Below, one piece after another: positions 11,701 through 24,160 of a stretch of 64,000 nucleotides of DNA. The stretch comes from Piedraia hortae CBS 480.64. Lineage: Eukaryota. Position 1 is the first letter of the stretch; every line of letters starts with the position of its first letter. Where the stretch lies: contig MU005958.1 in assembly GCA_010093745.1 (NCBI GenBank), forward strand, positions 186,001 to 250,000, written 5' to 3'. The translations under genes and the position numbers were made by a program. Under the pieces are notes generated by a model. It did not search any database, was not told the DNA's origin, and was given only the letters and a program-made list of their open reading frames with translations.

Positions 11701-13480
11701 ACTCACCTCGCCTATTGCATGCTCTCGTTGTCGCCTTGGTCTGGGCTAGGCCTGTCCTCAAGTGCCATTTGCGATGGCAACGACAGCACTTCCGGAAGCC
11801 TTTTGCGAGATGAGAATAGAATGTGATAAAGACGGCGCGAGGTTGAGCATCGCACATCAGCATAAATTCCACAGTCATCTCAAGATTGTGTGGAATCTTC
11901 GCTGGGTTTGGCTTTCTTCCCCTTGACGAACTCGGGAAAGCCTTGTTCGCATCTAGTGAGGAAACCGATTGCAAATCGTTATGCCGTTCAGCCTTCTATA
12001 ATCATGGCAGGCATTGACTTGATCTGGATGTCCCAAACCTTGAAGTTTTAATGGCCTTTTGGCTTGGTGATGTTTTGGGCAATTAATTCAGCAGCAGATG
12101 ACACCGAAGACGGTCTACTAACCACGGCAAAACGTGACCATTACGCCGACTGCCCGGCGAGGAAGCGCACAATCATCCGGTGCCGCTGCGTGATGGCCTG
12201 TCCCTTGTGGTACCGCGTCACCAACATGAGCCAGCCATCGTGCATAAGAACACTTCGTAGTCAGCCAGCCGTGTTGCGCACCATCTTCGTGAGCAACTCT
12301 GTACCCCGGGGCGGTTGTCATGAGGACTGTCAGGAAAGTCTGGTAATCAGCTTCATGTTGGACTGTTTGGCTTCCAAGAGATTGGCTTCACTTCTGAATT
12401 GGACGAAAAATTTATCCCAACGTGGTGTTCTATCACGTCTGGCGGTCCCTGATATACATCCATCCACACCAGTCGCATTGCCTCCCATGTGTTCTTTGAT
12501 GTCACAGATTTCATAAATCGGGCACTCTAGAATGCCTTAGCTGAATCGACTACATGTAGAACGATCCTTCTTGACGTGAAAGCCAGGTATGTATTCCACT
12601 TCCGTGATTTCGAAGCGTTCCATCACTTTTAGTGGTATGCGCCACTAGACATGGGTGTGGCGGGTCCGTGGTCGGCCTCCACTAAGATTCCTTACCATAA
12701 TGGGTACTGCAAAAGCATGACGTCCAACGACTCCAAAAAAAAAATCGACGTGTAGCCCAAGCCACTCGGAAACGTACGCCAGGCTCGTGCTCTCAGATGT
12801 GCCGTGTAAGCTTGTTTGCCGATCAAGGGCGTTTGTAAAGCACTCAGAAACACAGTGGCTCTCGTAACTGTCGCAGAGGAATAGCTTCCAACTTCAGTCT
12901 CTCGGCTTGGAAACAGCTTGCGCTTGTTTGCACCACGTCCCGCTGCAACCTGGCAGTTAACCCGAAGTAACCCTATACTCTGGTGGAGATTTTCGTTGAA
13001 ATGGTGCTTTCCTCCCGCGGCGACACGCTCGACATAGCTCAGAAGTGAGCAGAATATGGTGACTTCACGCTACCATCGATACCATCCGATCGTAAGCACC
13101 AAGGATGGGATATAGACGTGGCCATGTCTGCTTGAAAGCAGTTTCAAGGCCCGCTCGGGCGGCGACGGTCTGGTTGGTAGCACCTACACTACCACACTCT
13201 GATTAAACGATACAAACAAACAAACACACTATGCTCCTCCATAGGTACATCGGTTTGCATGTATCTTACAATGTCAGAGCTTGGGGTAATCGTCGGGTCT
13301 ATGGGCTTCGGGCAACTGCCAGGCTGCAGCGGGGTTAAGTCGCTTGGGATGTTATGTTAGGGCTCGTTGTGAATATAACCGGTGTCGCTGGCACTGACTA
13401 TAATATGCACGGAGGATATCTGTTGCACTCGTTGCGAGCATTGTGGATCTGATGTTGACGTTGTGTGGTTTTGATTTGTG
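11701..13480 (-). ncRNA. Candidate telomerase RNA; ends approximate
   Basis: No credible ORF. Template-like CCCTAACATAACATCCC at 13362-13346 with a hairpin just 5' of it; 28-bp helix 13333-13306/12967-12939 with G-U pairs only on the minus strand; U10 tract 12744-12735; 5'-end pairing with 11873-11848; terminal GTGAGT and ACTGAC splice signals. Confidence 0.55.
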
Positions 13481-14603
13481 AGTGTGTGGGGTGAGGTGAA
13501 AGTGCGAGGGAAAACGCCAAGACTTTTACAAGCGCGGGCGGGGGGATCAAAAAGTTCTGAATATTTTTTCATTTCAAGAAAAGTAGAACAATTCACGGAT
13601 GCATCGATCATGATGCTTGCTTATTGGACCGTCAAATCACTATTTAGAGCATCGACAGAAACGGCTGATCAAGACTTTCTGAAGAAGAGCCTTGGCTAAA
13701 AGGCACTCCATCAAGCATAGAGAGGTTTAGCAGCGTGTTTCCATCCCAGGTTCAGTAGAGTGGTGCACTCCATCGCCTCAATATTACTCAATTCTATCAC
13801 CTCCCCAGCCCATATTTTGCGCTGAAAGACCCTATCTACTTGCTAGAGCTTGTGTGCGAATGTCTTCCGAGCCAAACAATCCTTGTTTGACAATCACCAC
13901 GAAAATACTTAAGACCTAATATTTCCCAAACACTTCATTCCCTTCATTCCCTTCTCTCCCTTCGAATCCAACCCTCCACTTCTGCCACTAAAAGCTACAC
14001 CAATCTCGCAGGGCGAACCATGGAATCACCCCGCCTCCGCAACACCGCTACCGTCCCACACAACACGAGCCTGCCTAACGCCTGACACGATCCAGGCCCT
14101 GCCCGGCCCACCTGCCTCAGCACAGAAGCCCGCAGTCGCACCCGGCAGCAAACAAACACTCTCGGGGAGGTGCATTGTACCACAGCTACGCCTACGAGAC
14201 GCATAATCCCCCACAAGGCAACGAGGATCGAGTACGCCAGCATGTCTGCTACATTGCATGATCATGGGGTTGTGCTGGGATAATTCGAGGGTGTTTCAAG
14301 GACTGACACGAAGTAATGTTATTGATAGCACCGATGGAGTAAGAGATTCCTGTACGGGGCACGACAGGATAGGGCTGTGGTACAGGCGGGTAAGATGCGC
14401 AGGCGCCCTTACTGTCCGGATTGAGAAATGGAAGGAAGGGGAGGCAGGAGGCGAAGAGACCCAATCGGTAAGGGAAGCGTATCCGGAACACAGCATGAAT
14501 GCTGCCTACCTGCTGCCTTGGGGAAAAATCCATAAATCTCCCCTCTCTGTCCGATTTTCTTTCCCTTCATCTTCATTCGGTTTCTCTGTTTTTGTGTGAA
14601 GTG

Positions 14604-15221
14604 ATGTCCTCCAAAAGCTCCGGGTCTGATGCCCCACCCGCCTGGAACCCGAAACGGTCCTGGATCGTCTCAAACCATATCCGCGAACAACGCCAGGCTG
14701 AACAGAGGCAGAGGCGGCATATTCCCCGCCAGGCCCATTCTAGTGGAGGGAGTTGTAATGGAGGGTGGTATGTAGTCCATCATGGGCATGGGCAAGGTGG
14801 GCAAGGTGGACATGGAGGCCACGGAGGGCATGGTGGACACGGCGGTCATGGAGGCTACAGCGATAGTCTCTGGCTGCATACACCGGCTATCTACCACGAA
14901 CGGTTCCAACCACCCTGGAAGCCAGAGAAGTTGATTATGTGTGGTGGGGGAAAACATAAGAAAGATTCGTGTTGCTGTTGCAAGCCACCGCCGGTGAGTT
15001 CATCTTTGGGTAGGGATGTTTTGTGCTGACTGTCTTATCTAAAGCAGATTATTGCTTGTGGACCACATAAAACGGAGAAGTGGGTGAGGATCAAGAGAAA
15101 GGTGCAGCATCATGGTGGAGGAGGTGGTGCAGGTGGTGCGGGTGGTGATGGGGGTGGTGGAGGGGGAGGGGCAGGAGGTGCTGGTGGTGGGTACAACTCG
15201 TTTCGAGTTTATATGCGTTGA
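14604..15221 (+). CDS. Gly/His-rich hypothetical protein with a CCCC cluster; 2 exons
   Basis: ATG 14604; intron 14994-15047 (GTGAGT..GCTGAC..CAG); in-frame exon 2 ends at TGA 15219-15221. GGH repeats and a poly-Gly tail. Confidence 0.7.
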
Positions 15222-15452
15222 TGAAAAGAGAGAAAGAAACGAGTGTGTTTTTAGCTTGATATGATTTACGTTATGAGTGTTTTGGGGAACATGTTCTTGG
15301 CAGAAAGGATGGAAGAAGCTTCGTTATATAATAGACAACTGTTAAATCAATTCACAGCCGTGGTATTGGCATTACCCGTAATCTTACAAAACACACTAAA
15401 ACCGTCATGACAGGGGCAGCCAGTATCAATTGCCACGACATCGGCTATAGTC

Positions 15453-18400
15453 TCACCTCCCCCTCCGTCTCGCGCGGGACAAACTCCCATCCGTTGGTCC
15501 AACAACTCGTGCAGATCGATACGGAGAGGACGCAATCTCCATGCCAAGGTCAAAGCTACGGTCTGTAGGCGAGGCCATGCTGTTACTTGAAGCCTGTCGA
15601 AGGGCATAAGGTCTTGCAGGCACGACTCGCTCAGAGCTTTTGATGAGATCGTTGGCCATTTCACGCACGAGAATGGCAGAGTCGTTCTTGGCGAGATCTT
15701 GTACACACTCGAGAAGGCCGTATTGACCAAGCAGAGCTCCCTGTTCTTCACGTGCATCGCATATGCTGCGGATCACTCGGAGCAGGTTTAGTCGCACCAG
15801 GGGTTTTTTTGCGTGCAGCTTCACCGCCGTACGCTCAAAAAGGCTGCGTTGGGCTAGGTATGCTGCTACAGATGGGCTTAACCGCAGCACTTTCTGCAGT
15901 GGCTCGAGGAGATTCTCAAAGGTGTCGCCTTTACTCTCATTGAAGCAATGCACCATGGCCTCTTGAAACGCGGGTGTTGCCAGCAAATGCTCCTCTACCT
16001 TGGAAGTTTCTTCCTGTAACCAGATGAAAATGGCGTCCAGCGCCGTGACCGCCCAGTATTGATCAGCCAACAAGCCAACGTAGAACTGCAAGCCCTTGTT
16101 TTGCCATAAGATCTTGCGTCCGACCTTGCCGCTATGAGCCATGTCACATAAAATTGGCAAGGCAAACTCTTTTAGCGGGCGTTCGGTCTGCACAATTCGC
16201 TGCAACAGTGGGATGATGCCGCTGAGGGCCGCATCTTCCAGCCTCGCCTTGCTGAGTCGGCAGAGGTTGAACATTGTGTTGAGCACCTGGTTGCTGATTT
16301 CACGCACATGGGGAGCATGCATGCTGGCGCCCAGTAGATCCGTCAGTACTTCAATGGCGTTGCTGTTCTGAAGCGACTCGAGCGTCGTAGCCAGCATACT
16401 CAGATTCTTAATGAACTTTAACATGGTGATCTGGTGCTGCGGCGTCATTCGCCTAAGGTCTTTGAGAACCCGTTTCAGCACCATTCGATCCGCCACAGTC
16501 TCCTTTACATGGTTCTCAGCCTGGCTGAAGAGCAGGAAGATGTTCACAATTCGTCCCTCAATGAGCTCGTCGTCCACGCCCTCCTTGTCCAACACTCGGT
16601 TAAGCACCAAAGATAGTGGGTACAGCACCAGACTGCGGCTGAAGATGCGGCAAAAGTCGTTCTTGGGCGTCGGCCCTTGCAGCTCAAACACGCTCCATAC
16701 GCCGTTGACGCCCACCAGCACCAGCTCCCGTCCGGCAGCGGTATCGTAGTCCTCTTCCAGAAACTCGACCAGCACGTTCAAGCCTCCGCACGAGACAAAC
16801 ATTTGCAAGGTCAGTGTGCTGGTCGTGTACATCATGCGCACAAACGCCGCCGCCTCCAGCCTGATCTCGGAGCTGTATTTTTTATGAGCAAATTTGCTGA
16901 TGATGGGAATGCCGCCGACAAAGCACAGATTTTCCTGTACCTCGACGTTGTCCATGATGATAAAGTTGACTATGCGTAGCAAACGCAGAATCGTGGGCTG
17001 TCGAGAGCACATTTCCAAGATCTCGAGAATTGGCAGCATGCCATGGCTGCTAACAATCACCGCCTTGACGTCGGGTGAGTCTGTCAAAATACCAAATAGC
17101 TGATCGACAATGGCAGCGAGCACATCGTCAGGCTGGCTGAGCTTCAGGTCCGACACGAGGCCTTCAACCAGCATGCAAAGCCGCGCCTGCTTGTCACGGA
17201 CTACATTGGATTCAAGATCGACCTGATCCATTTCCTCATCAAGGGCGGCAAACGGATCGTCTTCATCGTCCTCTTCCTCTGCTATTATCAAAGAAAGAGC
17301 GCTCATCTTGAGGGAGCTGTTGGAGGCGGTCCGATCGCTGCCGCCGCTGCCAGACTTGGGAGAACGAGGCTTCACCGGCATGAAACTGACTGGTGCACCG
17401 TCCTCGCCGTCAAACAAGACATCAGTGAAGTCTTCGTCTTCGTCTTCTGCATACTTTTGCATCTCCACCGAGCTTCGATTCCGCCGCATTGCAGCAGCAT
17501 CGTGCACAAGGCCAGTCGGAGTCCGCGTTCTCTTCGTCCGGACACTGCCACCTATGCGGCTTGGCATGCTCCGCATCTTGCGTGGATCAAGCGGACGATT
17601 GGGGGAGAAGCCGGCCAGTTTTCGCTTAAAGGCGTCTTCATCCTTGGGAACAAGGTCTGAATAGTCTTCCTCCGACTGCTCCCGGAACTTGTCCTTGTTT
17701 GCAGGCGGAGAAATGGACTTTTTGACTCTTGAAGTGGTCTTTGATGCGGGCCTTAGGATCTGTGTCTGAGGCTGAGATTCTCTAGCGGGTATACGTGTGC
17801 GTCGAGCAGCCGGAGCAGGCTGAGCAGCAAACTGTGTGGGTGGATTGTGCTTAATGTCTTCGGTTGTTGTTCGTGGAGGGTAAAAGGGTCTCACAGTCTC
17901 CAAGGCGTCACCCTTCGTCAGCTGCAACGGCGACCGTACGGTGAGTTCCCCCTCAAACGAGTCATCCCAATCCTCCACCTGTCCGTCCGTTTCTGGCGGA
18001 GCCTCGATGTAGGCAAACTGTTTCAGCTTCTCCGACGTGAACAGGCTCAGTTCGTCCTGCGGCTTCAAGTGATCAGGCAAGGTCAGGGCGCCCATTCCCG
18101 CCGACAGCTCCTCAAAGTCATTGTCCCAATTGTCGCCCTTGTCGTCCTCTTCCGGCAGTGCATTTCGTGTGAGTTGGTTTGGTTTCTGCCCTACCGACAA
18201 CCTGCTCCGAACGGTATTCGCGGGTGCACCATATGGCGCTCCAGGCACTCCAGGTTTACTGTTACCACGCGAGGGCGGCTTCTTGGCAGGAATCCTTTCC
18301 CGCGTTCGGCCATTTTCTGTATTTTTCGGACTCGACTTTAGCCATGAATTCCATTCTTGAATCTCCCGAATCGCATCCTCGGGGTTCTTGTTCTTGACCT

Positions 18401-19580
18401 CCCCCTTTTTACTGCCAAGAATCCACGGATGTCGTAGCAACTTCTTGGCCGAGACCCGGAGATTTGGGTCTTTTTGAAAACATTGCATGAGGAAGTCTCG
18501 CACCAAAGGACTGCAGCCCTCTGGGAGAGGCGGATGGTCATCATTGACGATGCGGAACAGTGCCGGCATGGGCGCCAGTTTGTGATATGGCGGTTTCCCA
18601 TCGAGCAACTCTATGACGGTGCATCCAAGGCTCCAGATGTCACTGGCAGTCGACGCCCCTGACAACTCAATGACCTCCGGGGCCATCCAATAGGGTGTGC
18701 CGACCACGCTTCCATCCGAGAGATTGGCCTGTTTGGTTGCCACGCCAAAGTCTGCCAGCTTGACTAGGCCTTCTTTAGTGGTGAGGATATTGGCTCCTTT
18801 GATGTCGCGGTGGATGACACCCTGCTCGTGCAAGAAGAGCAAGCCCTGCAGAACCTGAGCAGTGTATAGGCTGACCAAGTTCTCTGGAAACTTGCCAAAA
18901 TTCTTGCAGATGCTGTGCAGGCTGCCATTCTCGCAGTACTCTAGAATGATATAAAGGCTGTCAGTGCCTTTGCAAAAGTTTTGATACTTGACAATGTTTG
19001 GATGCTCCAAGTTCCGCAAGAGATCGATTTCCTGCATAATCACCTGCAATTCGTTCTTCTGGAGGTTTGCAAGACTGATTTGCTTAATGGCCACTGTTTC
19101 GCCGGTGCTCCAGTTCAGGGCCCGATATACGGCACCCGAGGCTCCTTTACCGAGACAATCACCTAGTTGCTGGGAAAATTAGCGATATAACTAGGCTACA
19201 AGGACATAGATACTCACATAGTCCTTTGGACCATCGAAATCCTTTCCGCTCTTCAACGGTGGGACCGTATCGGTCTTCTCTTTGGAGAAACCAGAAGGTT
19301 GACGTCCCATGAGCCTACTCCTCGGCCTGGGGATCTCCCGTTTGGCTGCATCCAGCCCGTTTTCCTTGTCGGAGCTGCCTCTAAGCTTCGGAATGGCGCG
19401 GTACTGGCTGCCGGTGACGATCTGCTGGCTGGTTGACGGCCGGTGCCGTGGCGTGGCTAGGGCGGGAGGTCTGGACGATGCCGCCGATCCAGGACGTTTG
19501 GTTACAGCATTAGAGGAGCGGCTTGTGGGGGTTGAAGGCGGGCGAATGGAATTGGGAGGCGACCCCAGCGTATGAGGCAT
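15453..19580 (-). CDS. sepH: SIN/MEN kinase SepH (Cdc7/Cdc15 family)
   Basis: Exon 1 from ATG 19580, intron ~19171-19217, then LGDCLGKGASGAVY..VAIKQI..HRDIKGANIL..DFG..GTPYWMAPE, followed by an ARM-like C-terminal region (LQMFVSCGGLNVLVEFL). Confidence 0.93.
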
Positions 19581-20144
19581 CTCGCGGGACCAGCGCGTGT
19601 CCAGCAGCTCAGCGCAGATCCAGTGAATCCAATCAATCAATATGCGCCAACAAGGTGCAGTTGCAAGGGGCAGGCGCCGCTCATCTCAGCATTCGTCCTT
19701 TGCATGGGTTACCTGGACGTTGCAACGCTGACTATTGATGGGAATTTGATTGAGAAAGCAGGCGTCCTGGTCTAATTGTAAACTGAGCCACGGTGGCCTT
19801 TGGTTTGATTTGATGCGCTATTTTTGACGTCAACCGCCCTGTGACTAAGCACGGACTCTCTCCTGTCTGCTCGAGGGACACGAAAGTGACGGGAAGTACT
19901 ATAGGTACATATCTATCATATAAACAGGAACGTTCAGCGAAACCTCAGTTAGCAGGTGTTGCAAACAACTTACCGGGGCAATGGACTGACAGACTAAAAA
20001 TGACTCCGGTAGGGGCATTCAGATGTCACATGCCATTGACACATTTGACAGATGACATCGACTGGATGCTGGAGATGGTCAATTTTGTCGTTCTTACATT
20101 GTCTGTTCAACACCAGGACGCCTCGCTCAGTACTCGATACAGGA

Positions 20145-20464
20145 TTACTTCCCCGCTTCGGCCTTTTTAGCCGCCGCTGTAACAGTTATCAGCATCAGCG
20201 TAGTTTGACAACATCGATCACTTACCAGCAGCCTGCTTGGCTTGCATAATGGCCTTTACCTTATCCTTTTCTCGCTGTTGCTCTGCACCTGACATGGTTG
20301 TTTTCGACTTCTATGTTGCACATCAGATTAGAACCACGATCCGAAGATAGTAGCATCGATCCCTGCAGGCAGTACAAGGGTAGGGCTGAGCGATTACTTA
20401 CCTGAGCCGCTTGAGCCTTTTGGTTCTTTTCTCTTGCCTTTTCACGCTGATTTCCACGCGCCAT
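20145..20464 (-). CDS. SERF/4F5-family small protein; 3 exons
   Basis: MARGNQREKAREKNQKAQAAQ|KSKTTMSGAEQQREKDKVKAIMQAKQAA|AAAKKAEAGK; two GTAAGT introns. Confidence 0.9.
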
Positions 20465-21103
20465 GTTCGAGGTTTGAAGTGAGTTGCAACTTTGATCAGA
20501 GTCGAAGAAGTTCGGATGAACGAATTCCGAGCGCAAGTTTAAGGTTGTCAGACGCGGAAACTAGCCTCTTTAGGTTATGATCGTTTCTAATTAGGGGACA
20601 ACCACATGAACGACAGTGCACAGTACCACAAGTTATCATCAGCACAACCAAAGATTTTTCATAAACACAATCATAATTGACAACCAGAAGATCACTCTAG
20701 TCAACTTCTGGAAATCTCAAACGACTGTAAGCGCTTGCACAAGATGCCACGGCGCGTTGCTGGGCGCCTAAATTTCACCCAAGGAATACTATTCCCAGCT
20801 TGCCGCCGTCCAGGTCTCTGACATTGTTTCGAATCAACCTGGTAGTATTAATGGCATACGCGCCTATGTACATGTGCTAAGTACCTTCTCTTGTCTTCTC
20901 TTTCTTGTCAATTTCATTCTCCTTCTTTCCAGCATTCACGATCGTTGTGTTTCCTTTTTGTCCTGGGTGCAGTTGTGCACAAATATTAACTGTGGGTTGC
21001 TGGCCAACTTCATAAGTACATGTTCCTGCGACTCTGGCCGACGAAGAAGTTCATTTACATTCCTTTTCAAAAGCTCTTCGGCATCAAGACGACTTCATAC
21101 AAC

Positions 21104-22160
21104 ATGGCTCTCTCCGGCAAGTCGTTGGCCGGCCCAGGCTATATCATTCTGAACGGCATTCGCGTTATGAACATCATCAGCCTGCTTGCAATCATCGCCG
21201 CCTGCGTGGTCATGCTAGTCAAGACGACTACCTCAACAAACTTTTTCTTCTTTGATGCCGCCAGTCATGTTTTGACTGCTCTAGCGAGCTGTACGCCTTC
21301 CTATGTGATATGGACATCTTGCTGACCTTTAGTGTTCCTATTTACGTCTGAGCTGCCAATCTTCCAGTCCTACTTCGCCCGTAGCTGGCCCTTACTCAGC
21401 CTCTCGCATGGCTTCGTTGCGCTTTCTGTGGCCATGATTTTTCTCGGAATTAATATGCTAGGCAATCTCAATGACGCCGCACTGAACAAGGAATCGCTGG
21501 GTCTAACATTCTGGCGTGTCGTAATCGGGTCCGGGATTCTCATCTTCATCCTGGGTTTCATCAATCTGATCTCGGTATGTCCAACAATTCTGACAGTATT
21601 GCGATTGCTGACAAGAATAGAGCTTCGTGTTCAGGGACCGTGCCCAAGGTATTACTGCCCGGCAAGTGCGAGCTTACGGCGCTGTGGCTATTGAGAAAGC
21701 GGCTCAGAACAAGGCTTCATCCGGTCTGTCGCCTCTACGTTGTTCCACGGAGAAGACGCAATCCCCCTTGCCATCCTACCACAGTCGTCGCTACAGCCAC
21801 CGTGGGAGCACGTCATTTTCTCCCAACTCACCTTCCTACCACAGCAGCCGCAGCAATCGGCGTGACAGCGCAGGAAGTGCCAGGCCAATGACTCCCCTGT
21901 CACCACCAATCACCCCTCCGGCTCCGCTCTCGCCATCTAGCAAGTACTCCCGCGCGACCAACTGCACGAAGAAGAAGGTGTTTAGCGTTTTCGGCCGTCA
22001 TCGCCAAAGCCTCGCACCGCCGCTGCCTGTTAACGCCTCACGCGAGGTTCAAATCTCCCCGCCGATGGGTGTCAATCCTCAATTCGCCCATCTCGTACAG
22101 AGGCCTGAAAGCGCGGTGCATCCTAGTCGGAGCAGCAATCCCTATTTCTGGAACGTCTAA
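21104..22160 (+). CDS. Fungal multi-pass membrane protein with Ser/Pro-rich tail; 3 exons
   Basis: MALSGKSLAGPGYIILNGIRVMNII..; about four hydrophobic segments across three ORF pieces joined by two short introns. Confidence 0.8.
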
Positions 22161-22276
22161 AATCGAGTTCGGGAAGTGTACAATAGCTGGTGTTAAGGTA
22201 GCGTATATTCTATTCTCATTTCAGCAGCCATGTACAGTTTTCCTACCATATCATACACCCACCCTCCCCATTGAAA

Positions 22277-22899
22277 TCACTTCTCCGGCGCCGTATCATC
22301 AACGGGGGCAAGAGCACCCTTCTCCTCCAACAATTTCGCCAAACTCCCGTCCTGATGCATCGACATGAGGATATCCGTCCCTCCGATGAAATCCTTGTCG
22401 ACATATACCTGCGGAATCGTAGGCCAGTCTGAAAACTCCTTGATGCCTAGAAGTCGTCAGCCCAGTGTTATCCCCGAAGGAACCCTCCCCGAAGGAATCC
22501 CTCAGAGAACCCCAAACGAACCCCCCCAAGGACTCCTTCCCCTCAACCCCCCAAGGTAATCATACTTACCAGCCCTCAACTCATCATCCTCAAGGACATT
22601 AAACGCAGTGAACTTATTCGGATCGACACCCTGCAGTCCCAGGATCTGAATCGCAGCGCGGGAGAAGCCGCACTGAGGCATTTCCGGTGTTCCCTTCATG
22701 AATAGTACCACAGGTGCGGACGCTACCGCGCCTTCGATTGCTTGGCGGATTTTTGTGGATAGAAAGGCTCTTTGGACCGGGGGTGGAAAGCTGAGAGGTC
22801 TAGATGGGCGGAGAAGGTGACGTGTGAACTGCTCTACTCGTTAGGATGGAGGATTGGGGTGGAAGGGGGGGGTACGAGTGAGGCTGTGCGGAGGGACAT
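22277..22899 (-). CDS. GRX5: Mitochondrial monothiol glutaredoxin
   Basis: VVLFMKGTPEMPQCGFSR and FSDWPTIPQVYVDKDFIGGTDI; two introns. Confidence 0.93.
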
Positions 22900-23048
22900 T
22901 GTGCGGTTTGATGGTTGCGGTTTTGTGTGATGCGACTGGGTTGACGGTTGCGATTCGATGCGATGGTATAGGGTTAGGTTTAGTTACATCTCCATCCCAC
23001 TCATCCCACCCCTTCCCCAGTTTACTTCCCACCCCATGTCCCTCCCAT

Positions 23049-23330
23049 TCATTTATGACACTCCTTCCCCTCAAGGCACGTCTTGGTGGCATCGTCCCAG
23101 CTCGTCCCCTCGGGACAATCATTATACGACGGCACAGCTTTCCGGGGGTCTTTCTTATCAACCGGCACGCACCGGATGTATTTCTTGCAGGTGTCTGGGT
23201 GAGCGTAGAGACAGTCTTTCCGATCTAGGCATCCGCCGGTGTTGACGACGTCGTCGCCGGGACATTTGAAGTCTTTGGCTGTTGTGAGGGCGGTGAGGAG
23301 GAGAAGGGTTAGTGCGTAGAGGAGGTGCAT
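23049..23330 (-). CDS. Secreted Avr4-like chitin-binding (CBM14) protein
   Basis: Signal peptide; 8 Cys; KDCLYAHPDTCKKYIRCVP..CPEGTSWDD..KTC closely parallels the Avr4 pattern as recalled. Confidence 0.82.
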   Translation of the reverse strand: MHLLYALTLLLLTALTTAKDFKCPGDDVVNTGGCLDRKDCLYAHPDTCKKYIRCVPVDKKDPRKAVPSYNDCPEGTSWDDATKTCLEGKECHK

Positions 23331-24160
23331 TTTCTCGTAGGTTTATTGCGGGTTTCGTTCTTGGTAGGTTTCTTTGGTGAGTAGGGAGGATGGGACGGAA
23401 AGGGTTATATTGGTGGCTATGTTTAGATAACGGTGTTTCAACGGTTTTGGGCCAGGTTTTGAGCGAAGCTTAGGGGTGGGTGTTTGGGGTTGGTAGTCTT
23501 GTGAGGCAGAGGGAAGTGATGAGAGAGACTTACAGTTGACAGTGATCAGGAATGGAGTTCTATACTCTCAGGGTAGGAACAATCTTTGCATTCAAATGTC
23601 GAGTTCAGAGCTGATCCACAGCGGATACATCGATGAGGCGCCGCCAAGAGATTGGGCCCAAACTGACTTGTCACGTAAGGATGAAAGACTGGGAAGACGA
23701 ACACAGTGAAAATCAGATATGCTCGAGAGAGGTCATGGGGAGATGACACTCTCCATTCCTTGATCTGGAGGAGCGGCAGAGTAAGCAGTAACTGAAGCTG
23801 AGATTCTAACAATGCCAAGCCTGTATGCCAAGAAGCCGTATACCCACCTCACTTCATGGCTACCAACACGTCATCACCACCAAATCTCTTTCTCCACAGC
23901 CATGAATATCTCATTGACAATTGCCCTCAAAGAACCGAACAATGCCCTCGACAAAGAACACCCACCCATATACCTCGCATGGCAACTTCCACTCCATTCG
24001 CCTGAATCAAATCCCCTCAAATAAACCAGGACAATAACCATGACCGAACAAAGCACCCTCCGTATAAAACCCTCTCCCCGCTCGAGAAAGAGCTCGTACA
24101 CTCCTTTTTCCATCAAAGCTTTACACACGCACACAAGCACTTTTACACACGCAGGCAAAC

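Noticed and set aside
11503..11706. HMG-box-like ORF (PFMLFRK..MGQRWK)
   Set aside because: Spacing is about 10 aa too short, there is no ATG start, and it begins at a splice-donor-like GTGAGT.
12968..12975. TAACCCTA on the + strand as a canonical telomerase template
   Set aside because: G-U pairs indicate a minus-strand RNA; the motif sits within the extension of the long helix, and similar teloboxes occur elsewhere in the window.
12939..13333. MITE defined by the 28-bp inverted repeat
   Set aside because: No target-site duplication is seen and the mismatches are wobble-compatible on one strand. Not fully excluded without a genome search.
13995..14599. Short ORFs upstream of the Gly/His gene
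   Set aside because: No family motifs and no consistent exon chain.
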